A DNA stretch of 31,600 nucleotides. It comes from a virus. Taxonomy: Duplodnaviria; Caudoviricetes. Below the pieces are notes generated by a model. It worked only from the letters and a program-made list of their open reading frames with translations, did no database searches and was not told the origin of the DNA. The number at the start of each line of letters is the position of its first letter. The first letter of the stretch is position 1. Shown here piece after piece: positions 22,201 through 29,697 of this stretch. The position numbers and the translations under genes are program-made. Location of the stretch: IMG/VR virus record IMGVR_UViG_3300020282_000011, positions 1-31,600 of that record; one strand, written 5' to 3'.

Positions 22201-25200
22201 TCACCCTTAGATACAGATTCTACTTGTGTGATTTGTCTGATAAATTCATTAGATTCTGTAAGAAAATCATATTCAGCAAATTTTTCTCCGATGTTATATG
22301 GATATGTATTTCTTACTAATTTAGAATTATTAAATTCAAAATTATGATCCAATTTAAGATTATCTTGAATTAACGGTAATCTAAATGTTTTACCTATGAA
22401 GTATGGATATTTACCAACAATTTTACCATCAATATTACTTTTTTCTACAGTTGCAAAGTAAGCGTAGATTCCATTTGGAAATTCTGGTGTTTTACAAAAT
22501 CTTCCATTATGAATATCTAAATCTCCAGAATTATTAAAGATGTAATCATTAATAAAGAATCCCTCATCAAATCCAGAAGGTCTATTCTGAACACTGGATA
22601 TATTTTTAATGTATGAAGATTCTAATATACGTATCGGTGAATTTATATTATTTGGTTCTGAATATCCAAACGGACCATAAATTGGAACACCATCATATGC
22701 CCATCCTATAATTGATGAGTGTTTTGTTACTTGATTAAATTCTCCACTAGGTAAAGTATTATAAGTATCGAATTCTAAGTTTTCTAAGAGTGATTGATTA
22801 ATACCAATTATATTAAAACTTAAAAAATTATCTCTCGGTACTAAAATTGTATCTCCTTCTCTAAACTGTTCATTAAGTTGTAATTTTCTTACTGAAGTAT
22901 CAAATGAACCTCTTATACCTCTGGTTATAACATCTACATTAGTATCCCCTTGACTGTATCCTATACCGCTACTGATAATTACAGCATCTACTAACTTACC
23001 ATTCTCTATAACAGGTCTTACAACGGCACCTGCACCCTTTCCAGATGATGTTATTTTTATATCAGGTGAAGAATTATATCCTCTTCCTTGATCAGATACA
23101 ACAACATTCACCACTTTACCATTCTGAATTATTGGTGTAATAGACGCTGAACTTCCAGATTCTATGGTGACATTTGGATTGGATATGTTATTTAATATTT
23201 TAGAACCATAATCTGTTCCCTCTTCATACAAGTAAGCACCAGTTAATGAACCTGTAACAACTGGTGTGATAGTAAATGAACCAGTTACCGAACCTGTATA
23301 TAAAACTTCAATATTAACTTTGATATCAGGATACTTAAACGTTTGATAACCAGTTCCAGTTGATGATAAATTAACAATTTTACCTCTGTCAAAATCAGAT
23401 GTAGAAGTTCCACCTATTCCTGCATTTGATAACTTAAACGTATGATCATCGACTTTAGAAACATAATAAGACGATGTAGTTGTTAATCCTTGAATTGATT
23501 GTGGTGTGGTTGATCCAAGACCAACAGTTGGCGAATAATTAATTAAATCACCATGCTTGAATCCATGATCTTTAAAGTTTATAGTATTGAATGAAGTAGA
23601 TATTCCTGATGGTTTAACACGTAGTTTTCTATATTCATATCCTTCACCTGAATTTAATACTTTAATATTGTTTATTGTATTTTTTGTTTCTGTTCTAAAA
23701 ATGTGAATTCCAGCAGCTGCAGTATCAGTTGCTATTCCTATTGTGTTTACTCCACTTAATGCATCATTTTGTGTTTCGTAAATTCTAATTGTTTGAGGAT
23801 TAATAACACTTACAAAATATGGATCACCGTTTGCAAGTGTTCCTTCTATGGTGTTTAGATTATTATCAAACGCTGAACCAATACCCAGAGAAGAATTACC
23901 ATTATTCAAATAATAAACAATTTGACCATCCTCTAAATTATGATCAGTCTCAAAGGTTATTGTTTCATTTACAATATCAAGACTACCACCAAAAAATAAA
24001 TTTCTACTATCAAATGGTAATTCTCTAAATCGAGTACCAGTAACTGCTTCTAATTCACATCCATTTCCATTTCCACCAGTTAATGATATACTCTTTACTG
24101 ATTTTACATCAAAATCTTGTGGATCAATAATAACTTGTTTAACTGAACCACTTATAATGGGTTCTGCAAACGCAGTATTACCTAAACCTGTTTCTATTAA
24201 TATTTTTGGTGGATTAATAATGTCATAATCCTCTCCACCATTTATTAGATTAATACTAGATAAAGGTCCATAACTAACAAAATCATCTGATACTGGAGAT
24301 CTTACTTCAACTCCATTCTTCAGAATACCAATATCAGTTACATTTTCATCATTCGTAGATGAATCAAATAAACTTTGTGATAAAGGAAATCTTCTTAATA
24401 TTTTGTTTGCACTTATTTTTTTACCGTGTTGTTTTAATAAGGTAAAGGAGTGTAAATCTTTTTGTGAAACCCCTAAACCAACTTGCACCGTGCTTGCAGA
24501 TCCTACTTGTGCCCTAGAAAGGTAAAGAGCTAATTTACTAATGTTCGACCCAACGTTTGCTGCTATTGGATTTACATAGTATATTTGACCATCTGATAAA
24601 CCTGGTGCAACCTCTGATGGGTCAGTAGCATGAGTTGGACTGTAGTTACCACCTAATGGATCTGTTTGATTTTCAGCATTAGGATCTTTGATTGAATTGT
24701 AAACAACAGCATCTCCCTGTATAAATTTAATATCTCTATTTGTGTCGAAATAAAATTGTATATAATTAAATAATCCAGTTGTGGTATCTTGACTATCACG
24801 ATCAAAAGAGAATCTAAAAGATGTATTCGCAATACCTACCAATGTTTCTCTAATAATATCATCATCTATATTAAAATCGGGTAGTGAATTTGATGCAACA
24901 TAACCTTCGATATCACCATCAGTGTAAACATTAAGTACATTAGATATGATTTCTTCATTTCCCTCTCTAATATCAATTTTTGTACTTGTTGCCTTTTCAA
25001 CTACTCTACGGATATCGTAATCCTGCCCCTCAACTGGTGTAAATGATAAATTCGCAGTGGTTATTATATCATCATCAGATACAGCTGACTGAACATTAAA
25101 TGTACCCTCACTAACGACTTTTTGACCCCTTCTAAGAACCTGAAATTCATCACCAACTTTAATAGATGACTTATCAATTAAAGTATCTAATTTAATATTA

Positions 25201-26600
25201 CCAAGACCAGCACCAGTATTTTGTATATTAACATTAAATCTAGAACTTGTATTATAAATCCACGAATTTGCAAAATTTTCCTTATAAGTTACGCCATTAT
25301 TAAATATTTTTTGACCTAAATGCTTAACAAATATATTTTCACCTTCGTTTACTGATGTAACATTATCATCAACTACTAAATTATTCAATACACCTGTTAT
25401 TCTTAACTCTACTTTCTTTGATAAATCTCCATTTTCATATCCAAAAATGCTACTATTTAATCTAATATCATCAGCAGTATTGATTTGATTAGTTATTCCA
25501 CTACAATTAAAAAATTGATTGATTGATTTATCAGTGTAATCTATAGTATTATTACCACTGATGATAGTTCCTGTTGTCCCAAATCCAACTGTTGAGTCAA
25601 CAGAAATAATTGATGAACTAGGGGATACAGTATTTAATACTTTTGTATTAGGATTAACAGTAAATATACCTTGAATTAAATCTCTATCACTAAATCCAAC
25701 AAATAGAGACATTTTATAGTATGATTTATCATCTCTGTTAAATATTTCTACTTCAGAAACAGATGCATTTGTTTGTAGATCATCACTTTTAAATATTGTT
25801 TGACCTACCAAATTTTGTGGGTTTCCTCCATCTGTAATTAAATCAGCAACAATTACTTCTCTTCTTATAAATTCAGCACCAGAGGGTTTAATTAAATTGC
25901 CTTCAAGGTCAATTATTGTTGTATCAACACCATATAATACTTTGAATAATATTTTTATAGATTCCTCAATACCTTTTGATTGATAGAATGAGCGAGCGAA
26001 CTTAATAAAATTACCTACATCTAAATCAGGAGTAAACTCAACATCCTCAAATCCAGGTAAAAATGTTTTCTTTAATTTCCTATAAAACTCCTGTATGAAT
26101 AATACAGATAAGTTTTGTACTGTAGATCCATCTATATGACTGTCTGCTAATGTATCTTCAAAGATTAATTTTTCTCTATTAACATCTATTAAAGAAGAAG
26201 ATACTCCTACATTGTATCCTGTAATTCCACTAAATCCACGTTCGCAACCTGTAAATGATGTAGATGTAATACCAGTATAAGTGATTATTTCATTATCAAT
26301 TTTTAATAATCCATATTCATCTGGAAATCCTTTTGTACTCGTAACGTTTATTGTTGTATCTGTTGATGCAACACCAGCAGTTATGCTAGTTAACCCAACA
26401 ACAACTTCTGGTACAAGATTATCTACTTTAATATATTGATCAAAATTCTGAATTATATCAGAAGCACCTCCTTGAAATTCTTGGGAGATGTAATATTGTT
26501 TGAAAAATTCTACAGCATTAGGAAAATCAGCTGTTACAAATTCTGGCAACTGATTTTCAATAATAGTGTTAACTTTTATTCTTTTGTCAAATTGTGACAT
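13233..26600 (-). CDS. gp7: Giant gp7-like baseplate wedge initiator / multidomain structural protein
   Basis: 4455 aa, located between gp6 and gp8. It has the N-terminal IENQLPEFV...FFKQYY and FYQSKG.EESIKILFKVLYG motifs, the YYQNLSYSIKS...VHPAGLKNF block, and many GxGY and (N/D)HG(F/L)xxGD repeats. Confidence 0.82.
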   Translation of the reverse strand: MSQFDKRIKVNTIIENQLPEFVTADFPNAVEFFKQYYISQEFQGGASDIIQNFDQYIKVDNLVPEVVVGLTSITAGVASTDTTINVTSTKGFPDEYGLLKIDNEIITYTGITSTSFTGCERGFSGITGYNVGVSSSLIDVNREKLIFEDTLADSHIDGSTVQNLSVLFIQEFYRKLKKTFLPGFEDVEFTPDLDVGNFIKFARSFYQSKGIEESIKILFKVLYGVDTTIIDLEGNLIKPSGAEFIRREVIVADLITDGGNPQNLVGQTIFKSDDLQTNASVSEVEIFNRDDKSYYKMSLFVGFSDRDLIQGIFTVNPNTKVLNTVSPSSSIISVDSTVGFGTTGTIISGNNTIDYTDKSINQFFNCSGITNQINTADDIRLNSSIFGYENGDLSKKVELRITGVLNNLVVDDNVTSVNEGENIFVKHLGQKIFNNGVTYKENFANSWIYNTSSRFNVNIQNTGAGLGNIKLDTLIDKSSIKVGDEFQVLRRGQKVVSEGTFNVQSAVSDDDIITTANLSFTPVEGQDYDIRRVVEKATSTKIDIREGNEEIISNVLNVYTDGDIEGYVASNSLPDFNIDDDIIRETLVGIANTSFRFSFDRDSQDTTTGLFNYIQFYFDTNRDIKFIQGDAVVYNSIKDPNAENQTDPLGGNYSPTHATDPSEVAPGLSDGQIYYVNPIAANVGSNISKLALYLSRAQVGSASTVQVGLGVSQKDLHSFTLLKQHGKKISANKILRRFPLSQSLFDSSTNDENVTDIGILKNGVEVRSPVSDDFVSYGPLSSINLINGGEDYDIINPPKILIETGLGNTAFAEPIISGSVKQVIIDPQDFDVKSVKSISLTGGNGNGCELEAVTGTRFRELPFDSRNLFFGGSLDIVNETITFETDHNLEDGQIVYYLNNGNSSLGIGSAFDNNLNTIEGTLANGDPYFVSVINPQTIRIYETQNDALSGVNTIGIATDTAAAGIHIFRTETKNTINNIKVLNSGEGYEYRKLRVKPSGISTSFNTINFKDHGFKHGDLINYSPTVGLGSTTPQSIQGLTTTSSYYVSKVDDHTFKLSNAGIGGTSTSDFDRGKIVNLSSTGTGYQTFKYPDIKVNIEVLYTGSVTGSFTITPVVTGSLTGAYLYEEGTDYGSKILNNISNPNVTIESGSSASITPIIQNGKVVNVVVSDQGRGYNSSPDIKITSSGKGAGAVVRPVIENGKLVDAVIISSGIGYSQGDTNVDVITRGIRGSFDTSVRKLQLNEQFREGDTILVPRDNFLSFNIIGINQSLLENLEFDTYNTLPSGEFNQVTKHSSIIGWAYDGVPIYGPFGYSEPNNINSPIRILESSYIKNISSVQNRPSGFDEGFFINDYIFNNSGDLDIHNGRFCKTPEFPNGIYAYFATVEKSNIDGKIVGKYPYFIGKTFRLPLIQDNLKLDHNFEFNNSKLVRNTYPYNIGEKFAEYDFLTESNEFIRQITQVESVSKGEIETISILNPGADYKVGDLTSFDDTDTNGLGFKAEVSELVGLGVSSIQTELTRFEDLVFTWSNDKTVTAGISTYIELNNEDFVFVSGLSTSIQNLTDSFSIGVSTSRVSLAKTTNFVASGLVAVEDIFVNKLPEDILPNNTLRLGSGNTVNDEIVTVLNAYKQQKIIRVLRNTGIAHTFGSNVDLLNNRVSIPVKTKKFDSQLNDVVYFNAPQSIGVGTDGDSISTSYQIGETIKSISIPNRQIYLPNHPFVTGQKVKLNVPAVSNRQLDVANTDDPSDTNNNFSIPYDSSDVSIDLFVIKKSENYIGLSTVSVGSTGEGLYFKSNGSSVTGINTHLYNLSSQFNQVTGDIDKIVSTVTTKVSAANTTTHGLQNGDVVSINVIPNQTVGIGATTPIEVNYNHEFEKLLINPIEFTNTNVEVNRINIENHGFNTGDKVFYEGNAGLGTGTYFVNKINSRFFQLAETYNDLFANPIRLIELTNNSGGSKQSIAPINPQIKVYKNSKIKFGLSTTTLAGFDFKIFYDNGKNEFNSSQDSTLFNVGTAGTVGIGTETGGIVDASLTLEPTTSTPLVLYYGITKGGFISTSDNEVQNHSQIIFLDSIYNGDYKISDVTPETFNFSPKVPEFLTYNENDCEKLEYSTKSTKVKGPIKKFKILSKGFNYKKVPLFKEVISEEGVNANLVVESKNIGKIKKVRVLDIGYEYSADKTLQPEVYIPSILNVDNLDTLSKIEVVNGGSDYTTPPNLILFNPTLNKIVDTGSLQADLPNQTISNVNLLGPINGLDSVQHKIFAINNSNGIGINSIQSSSGGIVTCFMQTPFDGFVDPQPFEVGDEIYVEGIQRLGEAGSLTEQDGVSGGEVLGEGFNSENYNYSFFKVIDYIPGSNTVLTFSVAGVTTNPGIAKTFQSGYASIINKKNYPELVPIQERGTFQLNEPLILNDVKSDLKIVETRDDFIKLDGLDIVNVGDRIIGRTSGVSAEIVKSKPNLGRFEVDFSNRQEYGWNNNIGNLNEDIQVIPDNDYYQNLSYSIKSPITWDKFSNSVNSIVHPAGLKNFADTTVQSNVKVGLGTDNDKSIATIILDLVSDDNRVDAINNFDYVLDFNSLGFRTKTLLFSTKNLTNFNKCITNRVLMHDDISPNFSSVGFAADSSIIDEINGQIVNYLIQVTDPDTLDTQLSEIVVLTKEEQIFLLEKTSDTTGVGLDSIDSNLKLGDFETEIGTTNNLLFNPVEKFTKDHNIKILKTFYDDNISGISTNVIGSINLISANVGISSTSVGFNTTTILEFDKDEFNGLQANIFVQDSVTKEINYNEIILDFDGVNTTLSQIYSDDISGITTNTVGIITARLENDLVKLQIENNRATTLDSKSVVVGLGTTSAGIGTFRFLTEGQPPLAERSARFESTFNQATGSDVTYATLDKSIDSSVKSLVKVSTGQTSAIHQVTAIRDAEDVLVVQYPFVSLGSTSGIGSFTSVISGDDIILKFVPDSEFTDEIKVQAYNQVFYTESDFDNIPASLRFGNIDQSIILSTYDGLEGTRANKTDFDLKYQGIPIYTKKFNPDGVGLEKSTGVFTIPDHFFNTNEELVYTPDSSFIGIAATSISIGSTVNNAGLTTDIMPTTVFAKVISEDKFQLFPTREDITSGIAITITGPGSGNIHKLNMTKKLSKTIIGLDGVVQQPVTFTSLTHTLSVNIGAGTTQFSLSGIGSISTFDVLKINDEFMKIIEVGFSSTSDGSGKIDDQLNISEGLSTVPTVRVQRGTLGIGATPHNNGDIVKVHRGSFNIVDSKVHFIDPPKGNTRSRKTNTELPFVKADFSGRTFTRQDYTTNMLFDDVSDNFTGLTTNYTLKVGGANTSAGIEVGNGVVFINGIYQKPFTSNTSGNNYEIIADTTAGISSIRFTGITSENGQFIVSPDDINQNQIPRGGLIVSLGSTEGLGYAPLVGAKVRAEKNASGELTGIVGIGTSSGFNLGIQTAVYDNLSGIITVTTNDVHGFGLNKPNTVKLKGLEFVCPKTVVGTPTNATYNPATGVLVLTIANHGLVVGDAVILDTGSICFTCDKDSNNTTHCYPRATDPAAGQYLTITNRTTNTFRVNVGQSAPGDQYVHTFVSAATDSVKTIGGGGYVGVTTTIFQDHDRPLFVVGIVSERTFEVVAGASTIPHTYQGGGHAFEFFEDLTFGSGYRGGTVAIGVTDIAYEHKFVSSGIGSIRKDNYDGDAFTATDAIYESHSGLLTLVIPNHGLEVGDSIGIDTGGIVFKCSKDGFFGNHPYPRAVSKTSFPNSDPFAGTFVGIGTTSIDSIGFNVGAGGGGGTGAVVTATVGVGGTLSFDITSAGTGYVNPQIIIPEPTYENIEVEGISRLGVGATTETGANLLLNVGVSAATTSVGIGSTLFGIKDFEISRSGYSFKRGDKFRPVGLVTAAHLSAPIQEFELEVLEIFNDKFAAWQFGEIDAIDNIKILQDGQRTRFPLFFNGELLSFEKVLTDPRSALIDLDAVLLIFVNGVLQKPGEAYQFLGGTTFIFTEPPSGESQPGLNDHDNVDIYFYKGIDGVDVQIQNVSETIKIGDAVRVFKSEKSNTVGVTTTQSNNRIIKDILNTDLVDTDIYKGLGIDEKNEKPIKWIKQKNDLQINGRLVPKSRSILEPQIYPTSKIIGDLSETSGKGTLGSNSIFVDDAQSFFYEGKYDNSTLPDTVDALITSGEIGEVAKATATIGAGGTISSITVTEGGSGYSGIVDVGIEAPIGVEKFVGIGTTATATVTVTNGSVSNIDIVNPGLGYDQQSNPPHVIIERPKFETEKITGINNFEGYIGIITGITKESGSALRFDFHAVTRNSNGGLTNATANTLLVGYPVYIKDTTVGNGLTSVNPDDGHVVGIGTTFLDNVYIVDSVDMSVGGSKGTIVCKVHSNTDSWIDSIDEEGFYDGSPGSTVSLGTLNWGRLYGADSGVDVKRSLNPISIGVTGLTVDAGLSTFPTIQRKSYDGLGETGHRNSGSIRAIISIT
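22390..22721 (-). other. YHYH-family-like domain embedded in gp7
   Basis: HSSIIGWAYDGVPIYGPFG...GDLDIHNGRFCKTPEFPNGIYAYFAT...YPYFIG follows the YHYH-family pattern, with YAYF in place of YHYH. Confidence 0.7.
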
Positions 26601-26603
26601 AAA

Positions 26604-28550
26604 TTATTTCCTCTCTAAAACTCCATTTGAGTAACTTGAGGTATAGTAATCTCTAGTAAATACAACACCTGAAACATCTTCTCCTGATGCAATTACGTCC
26701 TTCAACATATTTATCGAACTATTTGAAACGTCTAAACTAACAAACAAATCTTTTAATCCAATAATATCATTTGAATCAGGGAATGCCTGTATTTCAATTA
26801 TATTATTTTGTGCCACTGTTGATGTGATGTTGATTGTGTTTAGTATTACCTCACCTTTTTTATAATCAACTAAACCAGCATCTTTAAGTAAAACTTGAAT
26901 ATTATTCTTTTCATCCCTAGTAACAACACTTATTGTTCCTTTCATACTTCCATCAAGATTTCCTGCAGAATCCTTATTAGGAATATCCGTCAAAAATGCT
27001 GTTGATGGACTTCCTGAAATTGTAAAACCTGTACTTTTTATATTATATCCAGCAGAATTAATATGAAACTTATTACCAAAACATAGTTCATATTGAGCAA
27101 ACTGATTTATTAAAGCCTTTAGGTCTCTTCTGATAATAATTTTTGTAATATTAGATGTAATACCATCATTAATTCTATCAATAAGTTGATTAACTTTACT
27201 ATACTTAAATCTACCGCCAAATTTATTCATCTCAACATTAGTTGCATGATTTTGCAATGCATTAATAACATTTGTTCTTAATGAAATTGGTGAACCCACT
27301 TTAGATGGGTCATAATAGACATTAGAATCAACCTCGACATAAAGAATTTTTAGGTCAACTATTTCATTATTGATACCAGCAACTGCGTAACTCTTGAGTT
27401 TATTTTTGATCTGCGTTTTGTCAAAATCAGATACGAATGTGCCATTTTTTGGTTTAATACTAATCTGAACTTTACCAAATTGTGGAGGGTCTAATTCTTC
27501 ACCACCAATGACAGCAACAGACTCCGTTTGGGGATAAATTTGATTAATTATTGCCTCATAATCTCTTGGTGTAACTGCTCTGTATTGTGCTGAGTAAAGT
27601 CTTGGTGCAAAATACTTAATAGAAGACACATCTTCAACTTCAGACCCTCTAGAAGCGTTTGTGACTGTAGTTATCGTTACGGTATCAGCAGGAGTAAAGA
27701 ATGTCCCATCATCCTTAGAAAATGTTCCTTGGAAACTAAAATTACTTGGTCCATTTCCATCTTGACCATCAGTTACAATATACGATGATGATATAATTGA
27801 ACCATTTTCTAACTTCTTACCAAAAAATCCATCTCCAAACAAAATCTCATATTTTTCATCCTGCACTTCTTGTGCGAGATAAATTTCTGAGTTTTTATTC
27901 AACTTTAATATGTTATCAACTCTTGAATACTTTCTTCCTTTTGTTGCTGTATTTGGATCTGAAACATGCACAACTAATGTCGAAGCATCAATATTTGGAC
28001 TATCGATGATAAATCTTTGATCAACTGATGTATTAACTCTAAAATTACGAGTTAAGTATGTTCCCTCATAAATTGAAATTTCATCATTAAATTGAGCAAA
28101 TGAATTGCCACCAATTGATTTTACTGAACTTGAAGTAATACTTTCAGGAATTGAAAATCTAAAAGTTGTATTTTCACTCGCACCGACACATATGAGACCT
28201 GCTCGTAATGTAATAAACCTTGGTGTTGCATCTGTTGTTGGACCTAAATCAATGTCATCAATTTTTATTGTAGCAATCGCTGCTCTTTTTGAGCGAGGAA
28301 CATAACCAATATTTCTTGCGAGTGAAACTACATTCTCTCGAATTGTCGCAGAATCTAAGAAAGATTCATTTGCTACTAAATTTGCATTAAATGCATTAAT
28401 ATAAGTGTTATATGCAAGGGTATCAATTAGAACTGAAAAATTAGACCCCTCAAAGTCAAAATCAGTAAAATTTGAATTTGATCGTAAAAAATCTTTGATT
28501 TGTACTTTGATATCATCAAAGTCTAAACTAGTGTACTGAGTAAATGGCAT
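26604..28550 (-). CDS. gp6: Baseplate wedge subunit gp6
   Basis: 648 aa with LDFDDIK...FTDFDFEGS, ESFLDSAT.RENVVSLAR.IGY.P.S, YEILFGDG and QYRAVT..DY motifs (baseplate J/gp6 family). Confidence 0.93.
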   Translation of the reverse strand: MPFTQYTSLDFDDIKVQIKDFLRSNSNFTDFDFEGSNFSVLIDTLAYNTYINAFNANLVANESFLDSATIRENVVSLARNIGYVPRSKRAAIATIKIDDIDLGPTTDATPRFITLRAGLICVGASENTTFRFSIPESITSSSVKSIGGNSFAQFNDEISIYEGTYLTRNFRVNTSVDQRFIIDSPNIDASTLVVHVSDPNTATKGRKYSRVDNILKLNKNSEIYLAQEVQDEKYEILFGDGFFGKKLENGSIISSSYIVTDGQDGNGPSNFSFQGTFSKDDGTFFTPADTVTITTVTNASRGSEVEDVSSIKYFAPRLYSAQYRAVTPRDYEAIINQIYPQTESVAVIGGEELDPPQFGKVQISIKPKNGTFVSDFDKTQIKNKLKSYAVAGINNEIVDLKILYVEVDSNVYYDPSKVGSPISLRTNVINALQNHATNVEMNKFGGRFKYSKVNQLIDRINDGITSNITKIIIRRDLKALINQFAQYELCFGNKFHINSAGYNIKSTGFTISGSPSTAFLTDIPNKDSAGNLDGSMKGTISVVTRDEKNNIQVLLKDAGLVDYKKGEVILNTINITSTVAQNNIIEIQAFPDSNDIIGLKDLFVSLDVSNSSINMLKDVIASGEDVSGVVFTRDYYTSSYSNGVLERK

Positions 28551-28551
28551 A

Positions 28552-28953
28552 TTATCTCGTTGGTTCTAATAAAAAACTAAAGGACTGAGTTGGAACTGCT
28601 AAACCAGATATATCAAAAAACACCTTAACTTCCAATTCATTTAAATCTGGTCTTCCAATCACATCTACACTAACATTAGTTACTCTTGGTTCAAAGTTAT
28701 TGATAGTTTCCTTTATTTGATCCTCAATAACATAAACAGTTGTTCTTGAAAAATTCTCAAACAATGATTCTCTAATGTCTGTACCGATCAAAGGGTTAAA
28801 AAACCGTTCTGTAGGTATTGTTTCAACTAAATTTCTCACTGATCTGGCAATCGCACGTTCATTCAACAGCACAGGCAAGTCTTTTGTCACTGGATGTGGT
28901 GAAAAAGACAAACTTATATCCTTAAATGCTCTAGATTTGCGTTGAATCGCCAT
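28552..28953 (-). CDS. gp25: Baseplate wedge subunit gp25
   Basis: 133 aa with FKDISLSF..HPVT.D, AI.RSV.NLV.T...ERFF.P..G and I.NFEPRV (GPW/gp25 family). Confidence 0.92.
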   Translation of the reverse strand: MAIQRKSRAFKDISLSFSPHPVTKDLPVLLNERAIARSVRNLVETIPTERFFNPLIGTDIRESLFENFSRTTVYVIEDQIKETINNFEPRVTNVSVDVIGRPDLNELEVKVFFDISGLAVPTQSFSFLLEPTR

Positions 28954-28971
28954 TAGTGGTACTTTTAGATT

Positions 28972-28979
28972 TATTTATA
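28972..28979 (-). promoter_or_regulatory. T4-type late promoter TATAAATA heading the baseplate operon
   Basis: Perfect match between the speD stop (28982) and the gp25 ATG (28953). Confidence 0.87.
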
Positions 28980-28981
28980 CC

Positions 28982-29338
28982 CTATCTTGTATAATCATTC
29001 ATCTCATAATCATCACTATCAAAGTAATCAAGTAACCACCATGCTACTGAACGGGGATTTTTGCTACCACAAGTAAAAATATCGACTGCAACACACTGTT
29101 TTTCTGGCCAAGTATGACAACAAAGATGACTTTCACCCAATGTGACAGTGCAAGTCACTCCAACAGGGTCAAATTGATGAGTATACGTATTTAAGACCCT
29201 TAGATTTTCAGTTTGACAAGCACTAACACACCTTTCTTCAATTTTCTTTGCATCATTTAACTTTTCAACGGAGACATTATAGACTTCAATGAGCAAATGT
29301 TGTCCCATATGGGCATTTTTTACTTTTTTCTTAATCAT
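28982..29338 (-). CDS. speD: Pyruvoyl-dependent S-adenosylmethionine decarboxylase family proenzyme (class 1b SpeD/SpeH-like)
   Basis: 118 aa with MGQHLL.E, HQF.P.GV, an intact ESH autocleavage site (29126-29134), HTWPE and DIFTCG. Substrate specificity cannot be read from the sequence. Confidence 0.9.
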   Translation of the reverse strand: MIKKKVKNAHMGQHLLIEVYNVSVEKLNDAKKIEERCVSACQTENLRVLNTYTHQFDPVGVTCTVTLGESHLCCHTWPEKQCVAVDIFTCGSKNPRSVAWWLLDYFDSDDYEMNDYTR

Positions 29339-29391
29339 GCTGATCCTATGTAGTCATCCATTGTAAAATCATCACTATCAAAGTAATCAAG
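29008..29391. repeat. Identical 25-bp blocks (29008-29032 and 29367-29391) marking a 359-bp tandem gene duplication
   Basis: aatcatcactatcaaagtaatcaag occurs twice. The 359-bp offset equals the offset between the two start codons (29697 and 29338). Confidence 0.93.
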
Positions 29392-29697
29392 AAAACAAAA
29401 TGCCAATCCACGGTTATTTTTTTCGCCACAAGTGTAGATATTGATCGTAGCACTTGCTTTTTCGGGACATGTAGTACAACAAATACGCATATCTTCCGTA
29501 GTAGCGGTGCAGGATACCCCAGAAAAACCAAATTTAATCGTTTCTACATCTAATTTCTTTGGTTTTTCATCTTTTACTATTAAAACACACCGTTCTTCAA
29601 TTTTTTTCTTACTTTTTAACTTGTCAGATTGAACATTACGCACTTCAAGAAGAAAGTGATGACTTACATAACTGTCATCAAAGGTTTTTTTAGTCAT
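29335..29697 (-). CDS. SpeD paralog lacking the pyruvoyl-forming Ser (predicted catalytically dead)
   Basis: 120 aa. It aligns without gaps to the neighbouring SpeD (53/118 identical by hand count). ESH is replaced by DMR (29485-29493) and HTWPE by TTCPE, while TCG and LDYFDSDD are retained. Confidence 0.85.
   Translation of the reverse strand: MTKKTFDDSYVSHHFLLEVRNVQSDKLKSKKKIEERCVLIVKDEKPKKLDVETIKFGFSGVSCTATTEDMRICCTTCPEKASATINIYTCGEKNNRGLAFCFLDYFDSDDFTMDDYIGSA

Noticed and set aside
4175-26600. Inteins or introns explaining the giant ORFs
   Set aside because: I noticed no intein splice-junction or LAGLIDADG/HNH motifs, and the frames are continuous. The size is explained by repeated structural modules.
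293-29632. Plus-strand ORFs in the track (e.g. 1345-1707, 1972-2331, 2428-2772, 21760-22164)
   Set aside because: They all lie antisense within well-supported minus-strand genes, have no recognisable motifs, and are best explained as codon-bias shadows.
29335-29697. Calling the SpeD paralog a pseudogene
   Set aside because: The ORF is full length with no indels or stops despite about 55% protein divergence, and it is coupled at both ends. Decay is not excluded but is not supported.
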